64,000 nt of DNA from Candidatus Hydrogenedentota bacterium (GCA_034408725.1 JAWXCN010000098.1:19783-83782); one strand, 5' to 3'; shown: positions 9,369-19,633, counted from the first letter of the stretch. Notes: a model not told the origin generated them from the sequence alone. Made by a program: numbers and translations.

Positions 9369-10286
9369 TTAGCGCCTGATAGCCATACAATTCGTCGCCG
9401 GCAACACGCCCCGCACCTGCAACCACTTCAACAACAATCCCGGCCATTCGCCCACCGAATTCCCTGGCGCGCGCACGCCGCCCATGCCCACGCCATGCTT
9501 GCCCTGCTCGAACAAATGCATCTCCACGGGCACACCCGCCTTCACGCATGCCTCGAAAAACAGGATTGCATTCGCAACCGGCACGGCCTGATCCATTGTC
9601 GTATGCAGAATAAAGGTGGGCGGTGTGTTCGCGTTTACGTGCAGTTGTGTCGAGCACTCTTTTACTAACGCCGGATCGGGACTCTCTCCCAATAGATTTT
9701 TCACACACCCCGCATGCGTCGCTGGTCCTTCCATCGTCGTCACCGCATACACTAGCACGATGAAATCCGGCCGCGTCGATACCCGCTCGACTGCATCCTC
9801 CGAATCCGGCTTTCCGTCGATATAATGCACGCCTGTCATCGCGCTAAGGTGTCCGCCCGCGGAGAAACCGAGTATCCCGATTTTATTCGGATCGATCTTC
9901 CATTCCGCCGCATGCGACCGCACGATGCGCACCGCGCGTTGCGCGTCCTGTTGCGGCGCGGGATATTTGTAGCGCGGCGCGAGACGATACTGCAGAACAT
10001 ACGCGGACACGCCGTTGGATTGCAGCCACTGCGCGACTTCGTGTCCTTCGTATCCCATCGCAAGGCCGCTGTACCCGCCGCCAGGACACACGATGACGCT
10101 CGCGCCGGTGTTCTTATCCGCAGGAGCGGGGTAGAGGTACAAGGTCGGCACGTCTAACGGTTCAGTGCCCACCGCGCCCGGTGCGCCATCCGGCCAAACA
10201 GGAATTGATTCCACACCCGCGGGCGCACTAACCTCCGCTGCACCAAACAAAGCGCTGAACATAAATAACGCTCCAACAATCCCCAC
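9369..10286 (-). CDS. Secreted alpha/beta hydrolase (acetylesterase-like)
   Basis: CPGGGY oxyanion motif, GFSAGG nucleophile, DQAV, HGVG; start codon uncertain. Confidence 0.88.
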   Translation of the reverse strand: MGIVGALFMFSALFGAAEVSAPAGVESIPVWPDGAPGAVGTEPLDVPTLYLYPAPADKNTGASVIVCPGGGYSGLAMGYEGHEVAQWLQSNGVSAYVLQYRLAPRYKYPAPQQDAQRAVRIVRSHAAEWKIDPNKIGILGFSAGGHLSAMTGVHYIDGKPDSEDAVERVSTRPDFIVLVYAVTTMEGPATHAGCVKNLLGESPDPALVKECSTQLHVNANTPPTFILHTTMDQAVPVANAILFFEACVKAGVPVEMHLFEQGKHGVGMGGVRAPGNSVGEWPGLLLKWLQVRGVLPATNCMAIRR

Positions 10287-10370
10287 TCCAACACGCTCCC
10301 TTCAGTTTTTTTCACACATCGGGACCCGCAGGTCAGATATCCGCTTCACATGCCATATCGGTCGGTACCA

Positions 10371-10492
10371 TTTCGTGCTCGTGCTCGTGCTCGTCATCGT
10401 AATTGTAATCGTAGATCGAGTTCTTCGTTGACCTCGAGGTGGTTTGCCGGAGTTGACGAGCACCGATTACGATGACGAGCACGAGCACGAAA
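10371..10492. repeat. Inverted pair of hexamer tandem repeats (GTGCTC/GTAATC vs GATTAC/GAGCAC)
   Basis: 10379-10403 is the perfect reverse complement of 10466-10490 (25 bp). Confidence 0.85.
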
Positions 10493-10496
10493 AGAC

Positions 10497-10580
10497 GATC
10501 GCGCGTTATGGCCGGTCTCCCGATCGCGCGTTGTGGCCGGTCTCCCGACCGCGCCCCACCCCACCGACCGAAGGTCTCCA
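10497..10580. repeat. 25-bp tandem duplication plus REP-like tail
   Basis: GATCGCGCGTT(A/G)TGGCCGGTCTCCC twice at 10497-10546. Confidence 0.7.
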
Positions 10581-10588
10581 TCCTTCCA

Positions 10589-13500
10589 CTATTCCACCGT
10601 CAAGTCCACCTCGGTCTCTTCACCTTCCACAACATTGATCGTGCGAGACGCCTTCTTGTACGTCTGCCCCGCGCTTTGCGGGTTCACACCCACCGCCAAT
10701 ACGGTATATTCTCCAGGCTCGATGCCTTCGACGAAGAACCTGCCTTCCGTTATCTGCGCCGCGCCTGCCATCTGACCCTGCAGTTCTTGGTACAGCGATT
10801 GCAAATCTCCAGAAACGTCGATTTGCCCTCGAAAAAGCGACACGCTCGCAAACCATCCTTCAGGCACTCCGCTTACACTTCCGCTTACCCGCATCCCGCC
10901 CGAAAGTTCGATGTCATGACGTATCGTCCTGCGGTCCTCGAGTTGCACCTGAAACGACCGCGCCTGCTGAAATTGACCGTCGGTGTTAACGTAGACCATG
11001 AGTGTCGCCGCCCCCGGCGGAAGACCGTCAAGCTTGTACGCGCCTTTTGAATCGGCTTGCGCGTGAGCATTCTCGGAGTTCCCATCATCAGCCGCAATCG
11101 TTAAATTCACGCTTGCGCTACTTACCGGCTGACCGTCGCGCGTGATGACGCCTTCGACGCCCGCCGTCCCTTCCGTGATATCGAAATCGACCGTGGTAAC
11201 TTGATCCGCGGCGACGGTCGCTTGCTTTGAAATTTGGCGCCGTCCCGCCCCAGGCTGGTTGCCGTACACGGTCAGGCTTACCGTTCCCTCCGGCAACCCG
11301 TTGAAGGTGAACTGGCCGGAACCATTTACTTCCGACTGCGCATTGTATCCTTGACCTTCGCCTTCTGGAACGTGCAACGAAACACCATAGCCACTCGCCA
11401 CTGGCCGCCCGGCAACACGAATCGTGCCATTGATGACTCCGCCGCTGCCCAGCACGATGTTGACCATCGCGGCGCCGCCCGCGGCCGGCGTTGCCGTCGC
11501 GCTCGCCGTTGCATACTCACCGTGCGTTGCATAAACCCGCGTGTTTTCCGCGGCCAATGATTCGATGCGAAATGAGCCGTCGGCATCCGTCGTCGCATTT
11601 GCCGGTCGCTGTTGGCGCTCCCACTCCTGCGTGGGAACACGGCCAATATAGATACTCGCGCCTGCCACGGCCTGTCCCTGCTTGTTTGTCACAACGCCCT
11701 CAATAACACCGCCTGCATCCAGCCGGACATCCACGCCCGACGTCGTCTGCCCTTCGCGCACGCCGGGCACTTTGTGCAACTTCGGCGCATACCCTTGCGC
11801 GGTCACATACAATGCCGCGTCCCCGTCGTTCCCGCGAATCTCGAAACGGCCATTCTCATCCACGAACGTCTGGCCGGTCCCCATATAGTTTCCCGGCTCG
11901 ATTCGCTCTATGCGTCCCACCAGAGGAATAATGGAAAACGTCTTCACCGGCTGTCCCGATTGCGCTTCCAACACGCGCCCCTGAATCGTGCCCTTTCCGC
12001 GCAAAGTAATCGTCATGTTCGGATTCGGGACTTCCACCTCTTGTTGCTGATCCGGTTGCGAATAGTCCTGGTGGTGGGCGCCGTACCAATGCGTGCCCGC
12101 CTGCAATCCGACAATCTCGAATTTGCCTTCCGCGTCCGTCTGCGCATACCCGCTGCTGTTGCCATTCCGGGAATGTGCATTCACCGATACATCCCGGATG
12201 GGTTTTCCCGTACTATCGATTACGCGCCCGGCCAGCTTCATGCCCGTATCAAAGTCGCATACCAATCGCACCCCGGTGACGTTTTCACCCTGAGTAAGTT
12301 GTATGTCATTGCCCGCCGGTAATGTCGGTTCGCGCCACGTGCGTGGCGGGCGCACCTGAAGTTTGTAAGTCCCCGCCGCGAGACCCTGGACCTTAAACAC
12401 GCCCTCTTCCTGACTCGACGCCTGTTGCGCCTGCTGTCCCGCCTCCGGGTTTTGCGGCATCGCGGTGACATAGGCGTCAACGAGCGGCTTTCCTTCCTTG
12501 TCCACCACGATTCCTGCGATGCTGCCGCCCGTGTCCATCACGATTTCAACGTCGTTTTTGTCGGAATCGCCTATCACAACGTCTTGCAGCGGCGGCGCGG
12601 AGAAGCCCTGCTTCGATGCCGTAATTGTAAGTTTCGCTCCCGGTGAGAATCCCCGGTGAATGAACCGGCCCTTCTCATCCGTCACCATGGTTTCGCCTTC
12701 AAGATTTTCGGCATCGACACTTTCGACATTTACCTGCGCCAGCGGTTCGCCGCTCTTGTCCACGACTCGCCCACGCAGGAACAATCCAGCCGGAACGGCA
12801 AAATCGATGCCTGTTACTTCCTGCCCAAGACCTACAGTGACTTGTTTGTCCTCCCGCGATTCCCCATGGCGGTATCCCGACATCCACAAGCGCCGGACCG
12901 TGTACTGGCCCGCCGGCAACCCCTCAATACGGTACATTCCGTCCTCGTCCGTCGTCGCTTCGGCGCTCGCATATCCGCCCTGGGGCGAGCGCGGCCGAAA
13001 CGCCATCCCCACGATTGGCGTGCCGGTTTCCGCATCCGTAGCAATGCCCGACACTGAACCCCCCATCGCCACCACGAGTTGAATATTATCGATGCTGTTT
13101 GCGTCTTCGATCTGAATAGACGGCGCTTGGCCCGCGAGGATATGGGCCTGTTTCTCAATCGTGAGCTGGTACGCACCGTCCGCGAGGTCCGCGATAGCGA
13201 ACGCGCCGTCTGTGCCGGACGTTACCTCGTGCGCGTTCAAACGCCCGCCACCCCGAAGCCGCACGGCGATGTTCGGCTGCGGCTTGGAAGATTCGGCGGC
13301 CACCACCGTGCCCGAAATCATGCCGCCATGTTTGAGCACGATCTGCACACCCGTGCCGTCATGCGGCACGTCCAGCACCTCACCTACTGCGTATCCCTCG
13401 GCCTTCGCTTCAATGGTCCATGTGCCCTTCTGCACGAAGTTCAAGGTAAACTGTCCGTCCGCATCCGTCTTGGTTTGCGAGTCGCCTCCGTAAATATCGC

Positions 13501-14140
13501 GTGTACCGCTCTTTCCCCGGCCCAACGCCACCAGCACGTCCTGAATCGGTTCCTGCTGTTCATTGACCACGCGACCGGCGATCGCACCCACCGGATGAAG
13601 CTGAAGATCGACCACGTGGTCTTCGGGTTCGCGCGGGTTGATATATGCGCTACCCACCGCGGCCAAATCGTCCTTTTGCGCGATGACCGTGAAATTACCG
13701 GCGGGAAGTTTTTCAAACCGAAAGAAACCCTTGCCGTCAGAAGTGGTGGTCCATTGTGAATCTTCGTCGTGTACCTGAATGATCGCGTCGCGATCCTTCC
13801 AGATCAGTTGAAGCTCCGTCCCGCCCACAGGCAGTAAGTCTTCTTCCATGGTGACTTGACCCCGGATGGCAGACGGTCCGGATCGAGCGCCTTTGCGGGT
13901 TTCGCGCGGGTTCGCACTCGATGTCGTGGCTGAAGGAGCAAAGCGGCTGGGCCGGCGTGACGACGTGATGTCCGGAGCGTCAGCTCGCGCGCGCGGTTCG
14001 TCGTCTGTTGCCTGGGTGGTTCCCGCCGTTTGCACTGTTGCGGGCTGGTTACTGCTCCTCCCCCAGATGGCATACCACAAACCGCCCAGCACCACGAGCA
14101 TGACCGCCAACAGCCCCATAAACCGGGCGTTTTGATTCAT
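10589..14140 (-). CDS. Membrane-anchored protein with many carboxypeptidase-regulatory-like beta-sandwich repeats
   Basis: N-terminal TM helix; about 11 repeats of GxIxGxV...GxP...TDxxGxF...LxxGxY. Confidence 0.85.
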   Translation of the reverse strand: MNQNARFMGLLAVMLVVLGGLWYAIWGRSSNQPATVQTAGTTQATDDEPRARADAPDITSSRRPSRFAPSATTSSANPRETRKGARSGPSAIRGQVTMEEDLLPVGGTELQLIWKDRDAIIQVHDEDSQWTTTSDGKGFFRFEKLPAGNFTVIAQKDDLAAVGSAYINPREPEDHVVDLQLHPVGAIAGRVVNEQQEPIQDVLVALGRGKSGTRDIYGGDSQTKTDADGQFTLNFVQKGTWTIEAKAEGYAVGEVLDVPHDGTGVQIVLKHGGMISGTVVAAESSKPQPNIAVRLRGGGRLNAHEVTSGTDGAFAIADLADGAYQLTIEKQAHILAGQAPSIQIEDANSIDNIQLVVAMGGSVSGIATDAETGTPIVGMAFRPRSPQGGYASAEATTDEDGMYRIEGLPAGQYTVRRLWMSGYRHGESREDKQVTVGLGQEVTGIDFAVPAGLFLRGRVVDKSGEPLAQVNVESVDAENLEGETMVTDEKGRFIHRGFSPGAKLTITASKQGFSAPPLQDVVIGDSDKNDVEIVMDTGGSIAGIVVDKEGKPLVDAYVTAMPQNPEAGQQAQQASSQEEGVFKVQGLAAGTYKLQVRPPRTWREPTLPAGNDIQLTQGENVTGVRLVCDFDTGMKLAGRVIDSTGKPIRDVSVNAHSRNGNSSGYAQTDAEGKFEIVGLQAGTHWYGAHHQDYSQPDQQQEVEVPNPNMTITLRGKGTIQGRVLEAQSGQPVKTFSIIPLVGRIERIEPGNYMGTGQTFVDENGRFEIRGNDGDAALYVTAQGYAPKLHKVPGVREGQTTSGVDVRLDAGGVIEGVVTNKQGQAVAGASIYIGRVPTQEWERQQRPANATTDADGSFRIESLAAENTRVYATHGEYATASATATPAAGGAAMVNIVLGSGGVINGTIRVAGRPVASGYGVSLHVPEGEGQGYNAQSEVNGSGQFTFNGLPEGTVSLTVYGNQPGAGRRQISKQATVAADQVTTVDFDITEGTAGVEGVITRDGQPVSSASVNLTIAADDGNSENAHAQADSKGAYKLDGLPPGAATLMVYVNTDGQFQQARSFQVQLEDRRTIRHDIELSGGMRVSGSVSGVPEGWFASVSLFRGQIDVSGDLQSLYQELQGQMAGAAQITEGRFFVEGIEPGEYTVLAVGVNPQSAGQTYKKASRTINVVEGEETEVDLTVE

Positions 14141-14259
14141 TGTCACAACTCCCCCAAATTTCCCTGCAATGAAAAGACGCAACCCACCCAAGTAAAGATG
14201 ACACTCCTACACGAGAATGATCAACACGTACTCGTTTCCAAAGCTCCAGCCCTCATTCC

Positions 14260-15063
14260 CTACACAACCGCCTCGTTCGTCAGCGCCGATTGCTCCTCTG
14301 CGCGAATGCGGACCCCTCTCACCATGATATTCGGCCGCCCGATACTCTGTCCCGACAATTGCCGGTTCAGCGGATCGCGGTACCCGCACCGAACCAACCG
14401 GCGCACCTTGTCCGTCGTGTTCACGTAACTGCCATGCACCGTAAATATACTGAAAACCACAACGTCGCCCCGTTTGGCGGGCACGGGAACCGTGTCTTCC
14501 AGGCGATACACGTTGGTGTCCAGATGCGGCGTGCATGCCTCTCCATCGGTTTGCATCGTGACGTGCGGCAACGCGCCAGCCTTGTGCGATCCGGGCAGAA
14601 ACCGTATTTCGCCGTTCGCGTGACACGTGTCGTCCAGATGCACCAACACGTCAAGGTAACGGTCATCCGCATGTTCATAGAATGCATTATCCTGGTGCAT
14701 CGGAAACGGATGCCCAGTCTCCGGCGGTTTTGCGTGCAACGTGGTGTGATGCAGCTCAAGATTCGACCCGCCAATCAACTGCGCCAGCGCATCGCACAAT
14801 AAAGGCTTGGTCACCGCGCGCATCCAAGCCTCCGAATAAAAATGAAGATCGTGTAGCGATGTCAATCGCGATTTCTGTTCTGTCGCCGCATCCATCAGTA
14901 CGCTGCGCCACGGCCCGGTCCACCCGATCTCCGTGTGCGCCCATTGGTCCATCAGGAAATCGAGTTGCTCCTCGAGTGCATCCATTTCCTGTGCTGTGAA
15001 TACTTGAGGAATCCGCAAAAACCCCGTTTCGTTGTACGCATCCATCTGGTCTTGCGCGAGCAT
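14260..15063 (-). CDS. Phytanoyl-CoA dioxygenase (PhyH) family Fe(II)/2OG dioxygenase
   Basis: YNETGFL, KPP..MHQD (HxD), LPGSHK, VHGSYVN...RR. Confidence 0.9.
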   Translation of the reverse strand: MLAQDQMDAYNETGFLRIPQVFTAQEMDALEEQLDFLMDQWAHTEIGWTGPWRSVLMDAATEQKSRLTSLHDLHFYSEAWMRAVTKPLLCDALAQLIGGSNLELHHTTLHAKPPETGHPFPMHQDNAFYEHADDRYLDVLVHLDDTCHANGEIRFLPGSHKAGALPHVTMQTDGEACTPHLDTNVYRLEDTVPVPAKRGDVVVFSIFTVHGSYVNTTDKVRRLVRCGYRDPLNRQLSGQSIGRPNIMVRGVRIRAEEQSALTNEAVV

Positions 15064-15085
15064 GTGTACCTCCACAGCGTTCCGT

Positions 15086-15634
15086 TTACCGTTCGTCGTG
15101 ATACTCTTTAAGCATCATGCTCGCCCAGCCGGCTACCGCTCCCGCGCCACACCCCATCAGCGCATACATGTGCGCGCCATGGTCCGGCACAGAGACCGCC
15201 GCGGCCTCGATTCCATAATTGACCAGCATTTCCGCGCCGCCAATCCCAGTCCCGTAAATCGCCGCGATTCCCGGCGCGAGTTCGAGCGTCGATGTCACCC
15301 CCCAGATACTTCCAATCATGAAACCCACCAACGCGCCAAATTCGAACCCGCTTACCGCGCCCGAGGTTCCGACATTATCCCAAAACATGATCCACATGCA
15401 GACTCCGCCCAACAGCCCCAATGGAATGGCAACGATAAGACCCCATTTGAGACCGCTCAATGCAGCCTGTCGATAATTCGGTTTCGGTTTTGGGGCCGTG
15501 ATGGAAGCCGGCTGTTGACGTGCCGCTGGACCGCCCACCAGATCCGCGGACAATGTAATGTCCGCACGGCAAACGGGGCACTGACCCACGACGGTTTCTT
15601 GCGAAACGTACCCGCATACTGGACAAGCACTCAT
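15086..15634 (-). CDS. Hypothetical membrane protein with N-terminal zinc ribbon
   Basis: CPVC...CPVC followed by about 4 Gly-rich TM segments. Confidence 0.7.
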   Translation of the reverse strand: MSACPVCGYVSQETVVGQCPVCRADITLSADLVGGPAARQQPASITAPKPKPNYRQAALSGLKWGLIVAIPLGLLGGVCMWIMFWDNVGTSGAVSGFEFGALVGFMIGSIWGVTSTLELAPGIAAIYGTGIGGAEMLVNYGIEAAAVSVPDHGAHMYALMGCGAGAVAGWASMMLKEYHDER

Positions 15635-15783
15635 GTCTTCGCACCTTTATGGCCCTCGCCGGGCCTTATTGGACGTTATAGCACAATACCCGCCACGCGG
15701 CGTCTCCGATTGCAAGGTTGCCAGTTACCGTTATCGCCGGGTACAATCCGTTTTCCAGGTTTCAGAAGAAAGTGAGCGTAACC

Positions 15784-16680
15784 ATGCGCGTATTCGCCTT
15801 CTACATTTTCGCCGCCTGTATCCTGACACTTTCGGGTTGCGATTCTTCTACTCCCGCTCCGCCGACAGCAGGCCCTGTCCCTGGCGCCCAAAACGCCGCA
15901 CCCAAGCCGACGGACGCCCAAGCCCTGTTTGATCGCTGGAAAATGGTCGTCACTGATCCTCAAATAAATGCCCAAGGTTCAGAGCACTTGGCCATTACCA
16001 GTCAATTGGTCAATACGGCGCCCGAAATGCTGGACAAGATGATCGACCTCCTCGTTGACCCCGCAACCCAGCCTGTATCTCAATACATGATTGTGGATTG
16101 CCTGGGTTTTGCGCAAAACGCTAAACTGCATCCACGGCTCCTGACGCTCACCGAACCCGGCACGGACCCCATCATCCGCACGCATGTCACGACGATACTG
16201 GCCAGGTCAATCGACCCGCATATCGTAGACCGCGTCCGGCTACTCGCCAACGATCCCGAACGCAGAGTGAAACTCGCGGCGCTGAGCGGACTGACCGAGG
16301 CGGGCGATTCCGCATCTCGCGAGCTGTTGCGCGAATACTACTTCACCGAAGGCCTGCCACCGGAACATCGCGCAAGACTGGTGGAGGCCCTGTCCGCTGC
16401 GCCTCATGCGTCTTGCCTCGACGTTTTCACCCATGCAGCCCAGGACGCTACCCTGCCCGAAAACTTCCGCATAGCAGCCGTTAGGTCTCTGGGTCGATTA
16501 GCCGATCCTGCCGCACTACCTGCGCTGGAAATCGTTGCCAACGACGCCAACGCCCCCGCCACGCTCAAGCAGATCGCGGGCAGCGCCGTCGAGGTAATCA
16601 AAACTTCACCAGCGACTAGCGAAACGCCAACCTCCCCGGTCGGTCCGGCGCCATCACCGTCTGCGCCAACACCTCCATAA
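15784..16680 (+). CDS. HEAT-repeat lipoprotein
   Basis: Lipobox TLSGC; helical repeats (DPERRVKLAAL, RIAAVRSLGRL); Pro-rich ends. Confidence 0.78.
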   Translation: MRVFAFYIFAACILTLSGCDSSTPAPPTAGPVPGAQNAAPKPTDAQALFDRWKMVVTDPQINAQGSEHLAITSQLVNTAPEMLDKMIDLLVDPATQPVSQYMIVDCLGFAQNAKLHPRLLTLTEPGTDPIIRTHVTTILARSIDPHIVDRVRLLANDPERRVKLAALSGLTEAGDSASRELLREYYFTEGLPPEHRARLVEALSAAPHASCLDVFTHAAQDATLPENFRIAAVRSLGRLADPAALPALEIVANDANAPATLKQIAGSAVEVIKTSPATSETPTSPVGPAPSPSAPTPP

Positions 16681-16768
16681 GCAGTTTGCGGAGGTGTAAT
16701 TGTGGAAAAGTGCCGGCTGTGGTACAATTTTCAATAATTGTTGACGCTTATGTACTGAGGAAAGCATC

Positions 16769-17107
16769 GTGTTATTCCGGCGCGCGTTCAATAGGCGGCA
16801 GTTCGAGGATTGTGATCCGACTGCGCCAGCCCGATACGCCATCTTCAAGAAACAATTTGTTGTTCCGTTCGAGAAGATGACGAAAGGAACGGTGTCTGAA
16901 CGCGGTGGTGAATCTATTCGACAGTTCGGTGTGTACGTTGACGGTGTGGTGCGCCTGGTGACCAGCGGGGAAATGGTCGACAGGGAAACGTACGATGCGC
17001 TCATCGCGGCGGGTGCTATAGCCCCTGACCCTGACTACGTGCCCGAAACCCCAAAGGACGGGCCGAAGGTGCGGATGGTCTCCGTCACGGAAGGCGATAT
17101 GGAGTAA
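16769..17107 (+). CDS. Hypothetical protein
   Basis: GTG start with GAGGA RBS; ends 6 bp before the GT2 gene. Confidence 0.65.
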   Translation: MLFRRAFNRRQFEDCDPTAPARYAIFKKQFVVPFEKMTKGTVSERGGESIRQFGVYVDGVVRLVTSGEMVDRETYDALIAAGAIAPDPDYVPETPKDGPKVRMVSVTEGDME

Positions 17108-17113
17108 AAGCGG

Positions 17114-18523
17114 GTGGGTTCCACCATCTCGCTGGCGATGATTGTTAAAGACGAGGAAACCCAACTCGCCGATTGTTTGGCCAGCGTAAATGATATTGTC
17201 AATGAGATTTGCATTGTTGATACCGGTTCCCGGGATTTCACCATCGAAGTTGCCCGCTCCTTCAGCGCGAAGGTCGGCGTGTACCTTTGGTCTGACGATT
17301 TCTCGGCCATGCGCAATGAATCTCTGCGCCTGTGTACGATGGACTGGATTCTCGTACTTGATGCCGATGAGCGAATCGCAAAAGACGATCTGCCCAGCCT
17401 GAAATCCCTTGCCAAAGGCGCTACCGATTGTTGCTACCGGTTCGTTACGCGCAACTACACCAACAATTCCGCGATTGCCGACTATCAGCCCTGCGAACCA
17501 AACGACCCCCAGGCCCGCGGGTTCTCCGGGTGGTTTCCGAGCACGAAGGTGCGCCTGTTCCCAAACCGGCGGGGGGCCGCATTCCAGGGCAAAGTCCACG
17601 AACTCGTTAACCAATCCCTCGAACAAAAGGGAGTCCGCATTCATGATTCCCAAGTCCCGATCCATCATTTCCCCCTGCTGAAAGATGCGGAACGCATCCG
17701 CGAGAAGCAGGCAACCTACCTCCAATTGGGCCGCGACAAAGCAGCCGCCAATCCGAATGATCCACGCGCGTACGCCGAACTCGGCAACCAGTATGCGGAA
17801 GTGGGGGATTGGTCCAATGCCGCCGCTTCATACAGTCAGGCGCTCAAACTTGACAGCCGGAACCCAGGCGTACTGCGCGATCTCGGAGGCGCCTTGCACA
17901 TGCTGCAACGTCCCGAAGAAGCAAAACGCGCGTTGCATCTATCGCTCGAGATCGATTCCACCCAGCCGGCCGCGTGGCGCAACCTCGGCGTCGTACTCGC
18001 AGATCAAAAGCAATGGGAAGCTGCGGCGGATTGTTTTCGCAGCGCGCTGAAATTCGACCCCGCGTGGCCCGATGGCCATCGCTACCTCAGCGTCGCCATC
18101 GAAGGCATGGGACGCCTCGAAGAAGCCGTCGTCGAATCGCAGACGAGTCTTGAAAAAACCCCGAATGATCTCGAATGCCTGAAGCTTTACATTCACCAGA
18201 TGCTTCGCCTGGAACGCAGACCAGAGGCTCGCAATGTTTTGCTTGGCCTCATCAATGGGGGCGCACGCAACCCGGAACTGCACAACGCGCTCGGCGAACT
18301 CTTTTTCTACGATAACCTGCACGACGAGTCCAAGAAGCATTTCCTTGCCGCTGCAAACGCGGGACTTCCCGCGGCGTATAACAATCTCGGTGTCGTTTTC
18401 TTCAAATTACAACAGCTCGACGATGCCAAACGCGCATTCGAAAAATGCCTCATCGCCGACCCCAACCACCGCGGCGCACAGAGCAATCTGCAAAAGGTAT
18501 TGGCCAAACAGGCACTCGCATAA
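17114..18523 (+). CDS. Glycosyltransferase family 2 with TPR repeats (flagellin-glycosylation type)
   Basis: ISLAMIVKDEE, VDTGSRD, DFSAMRNESL, LDADE, GKVHE; C-terminal TPRs. Confidence 0.92.
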   Translation: MGSTISLAMIVKDEETQLADCLASVNDIVNEICIVDTGSRDFTIEVARSFSAKVGVYLWSDDFSAMRNESLRLCTMDWILVLDADERIAKDDLPSLKSLAKGATDCCYRFVTRNYTNNSAIADYQPCEPNDPQARGFSGWFPSTKVRLFPNRRGAAFQGKVHELVNQSLEQKGVRIHDSQVPIHHFPLLKDAERIREKQATYLQLGRDKAAANPNDPRAYAELGNQYAEVGDWSNAAASYSQALKLDSRNPGVLRDLGGALHMLQRPEEAKRALHLSLEIDSTQPAAWRNLGVVLADQKQWEAAADCFRSALKFDPAWPDGHRYLSVAIEGMGRLEEAVVESQTSLEKTPNDLECLKLYIHQMLRLERRPEARNVLLGLINGGARNPELHNALGELFFYDNLHDESKKHFLAAANAGLPAAYNNLGVVFFKLQQLDDAKRAFEKCLIADPNHRGAQSNLQKVLAKQALA

Positions 18524-18611
18524 ATTTTGGATTCTAGATTTTGGATTGAAGATGCGAGCACATGACGCTCTATTCAAGGTTTCTTCATTCGCGCCTCTTC
18601 AATCCAAAATC
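18524..18611. repeat. Inverted heptamer repeat (TTGGATT / AATCCAA)
   Basis: 18537-18552 and 18596-18611 form a perfect 16-bp inverted repeat; same heptamer at 5471-5498 and 62971-62998. Confidence 0.8.
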
Positions 18612-18614
18612 TCC

Positions 18615-18641
18615 TAAAGTTTTTCCCGCCCCTGCCGATAC
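18615..18641 (+). promoter_or_regulatory. Sigma28 (FliA) promoter of flagellin
   Basis: TAAA-N15-GCCGATAC, including extended TAAAGTTT; matches consensus TAAA-N15-GCCGATAA. Confidence 0.9.
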
Positions 18642-18672
18642 TCTCCCTTGAGGGCGCGAATAACCGCTCCCT

Positions 18673-18716
18673 CTACCGATGCAAGGACGCAAAGGTAGGC
18701 AGTCGTCACGGAGGAT
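18673..18716 (+). promoter_or_regulatory. Putative CsrA-binding sites in flagellin 5' UTR
   Basis: AAGGA in the loop of a CTACC..TGC-AAGGAC-GCA..GGTAG hairpin; second ACGGA overlaps the GGAGG RBS. Confidence 0.65.
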
Positions 18717-18723
18717 TCTCGTC

Positions 18724-19545
18724 ATGGGTCTGCGTATCAATACCAACGTCGCCGCGCTGACGACCAGCCGGATTCTGCGGCGATCCACAAGCTCCCTCAA
18801 TGGCAGTTTGGAAAGGCTCGCCAGCGGTCTGCGCATCAATCGCGCGTCAGACGACGCGGCGGGTCTCGCGATTTCCGAAGGCTTCCGCACCGTCATCCGC
18901 GGCAGCCAGGTCGCCCAGCGCAACGCACAGGACGGCATCAGCCTTCTGCAAACCGCGGAAGGCGCGCTCGAAACCACCACGAACATGCTGCAACGTATTC
19001 GCGAACTCGCCGTACAGGCAGCGAACGGCACGCAGAGCGTGGGCAACCGCGCTTCGCTCGACGCGGAAGTGCAGCAGCTTCTCGAACAAATCGACGACAT
19101 AGCGCAAGATACCGAGTTCAACGGTCTGCGTGTGTTGAGCTCGGCGCAGAGCGTCACGCTTCAAGCCGGCGCGCAACCCGGCCAGACGCTCGTCATCACG
19201 GTGAACGGCGCAAAGACGAATGACATCGGCGTGAACGGCTTGAATATATCATCCGTCGCCACTGCCGTAAGCGCGCTCAGCACCATTGATCGCGCATTGC
19301 GCAGCGTCACCAGTCTGCGCAGCACCTTCGGTGCGTTCCAGAACCGTCTCGAGTTCACCATCTCGACGCTCGCAATTCAGGAAGAAAACTCGACCGCATC
19401 CGATAGCGCGTTGCGCGACGCCGACATCGCCCGCGAAACCATCGCATTCACGCGCAACCAGATTCTCGTCAGCGCCGGCACCTCGGTGCTCGCCCAGTCA
19501 AACGTCATTCCCCAGACCGCCCTGCAATTGCTCGGCGGCAACTAA
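18724..19545 (+). CDS. fliC: Flagellin, short (273 aa)
   Basis: MGLRINTNVAAL, LASGLRINRASDDAAGLAI, GAFQNRLE, RDADIA, QTALQLL. Confidence 0.97.
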   Translation: MGLRINTNVAALTTSRILRRSTSSLNGSLERLASGLRINRASDDAAGLAISEGFRTVIRGSQVAQRNAQDGISLLQTAEGALETTTNMLQRIRELAVQAANGTQSVGNRASLDAEVQQLLEQIDDIAQDTEFNGLRVLSSAQSVTLQAGAQPGQTLVITVNGAKTNDIGVNGLNISSVATAVSALSTIDRALRSVTSLRSTFGAFQNRLEFTISTLAIQEENSTASDSALRDADIARETIAFTRNQILVSAGTSVLAQSNVIPQTALQLLGGN

Positions 19546-19559
19546 CTAACGCCATAATC

Positions 19560-19589
19560 ACGGGCCGGAGCAATTTCGCTCCGGCCCGT
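19560..19589 (+). terminator. Hairpin downstream of flagellin
   Basis: ACGGGCCGGAGC / GCTCCGGCCCGT 12-bp stem; weak U tail. Confidence 0.6.
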
Positions 19590-19593
19590 ATTG

Positions 19594-19633
19594 CCATTCT
19601 TCCCACTCATCCCATTCTTCCCATAGTTCCCAC
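19594..19633. repeat. Degenerate 9-mer tandem repeat (TTCCCAT-like)
   Basis: ccattcttc ccactcatc ccattcttc ccatagttc ccac. Confidence 0.6.
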
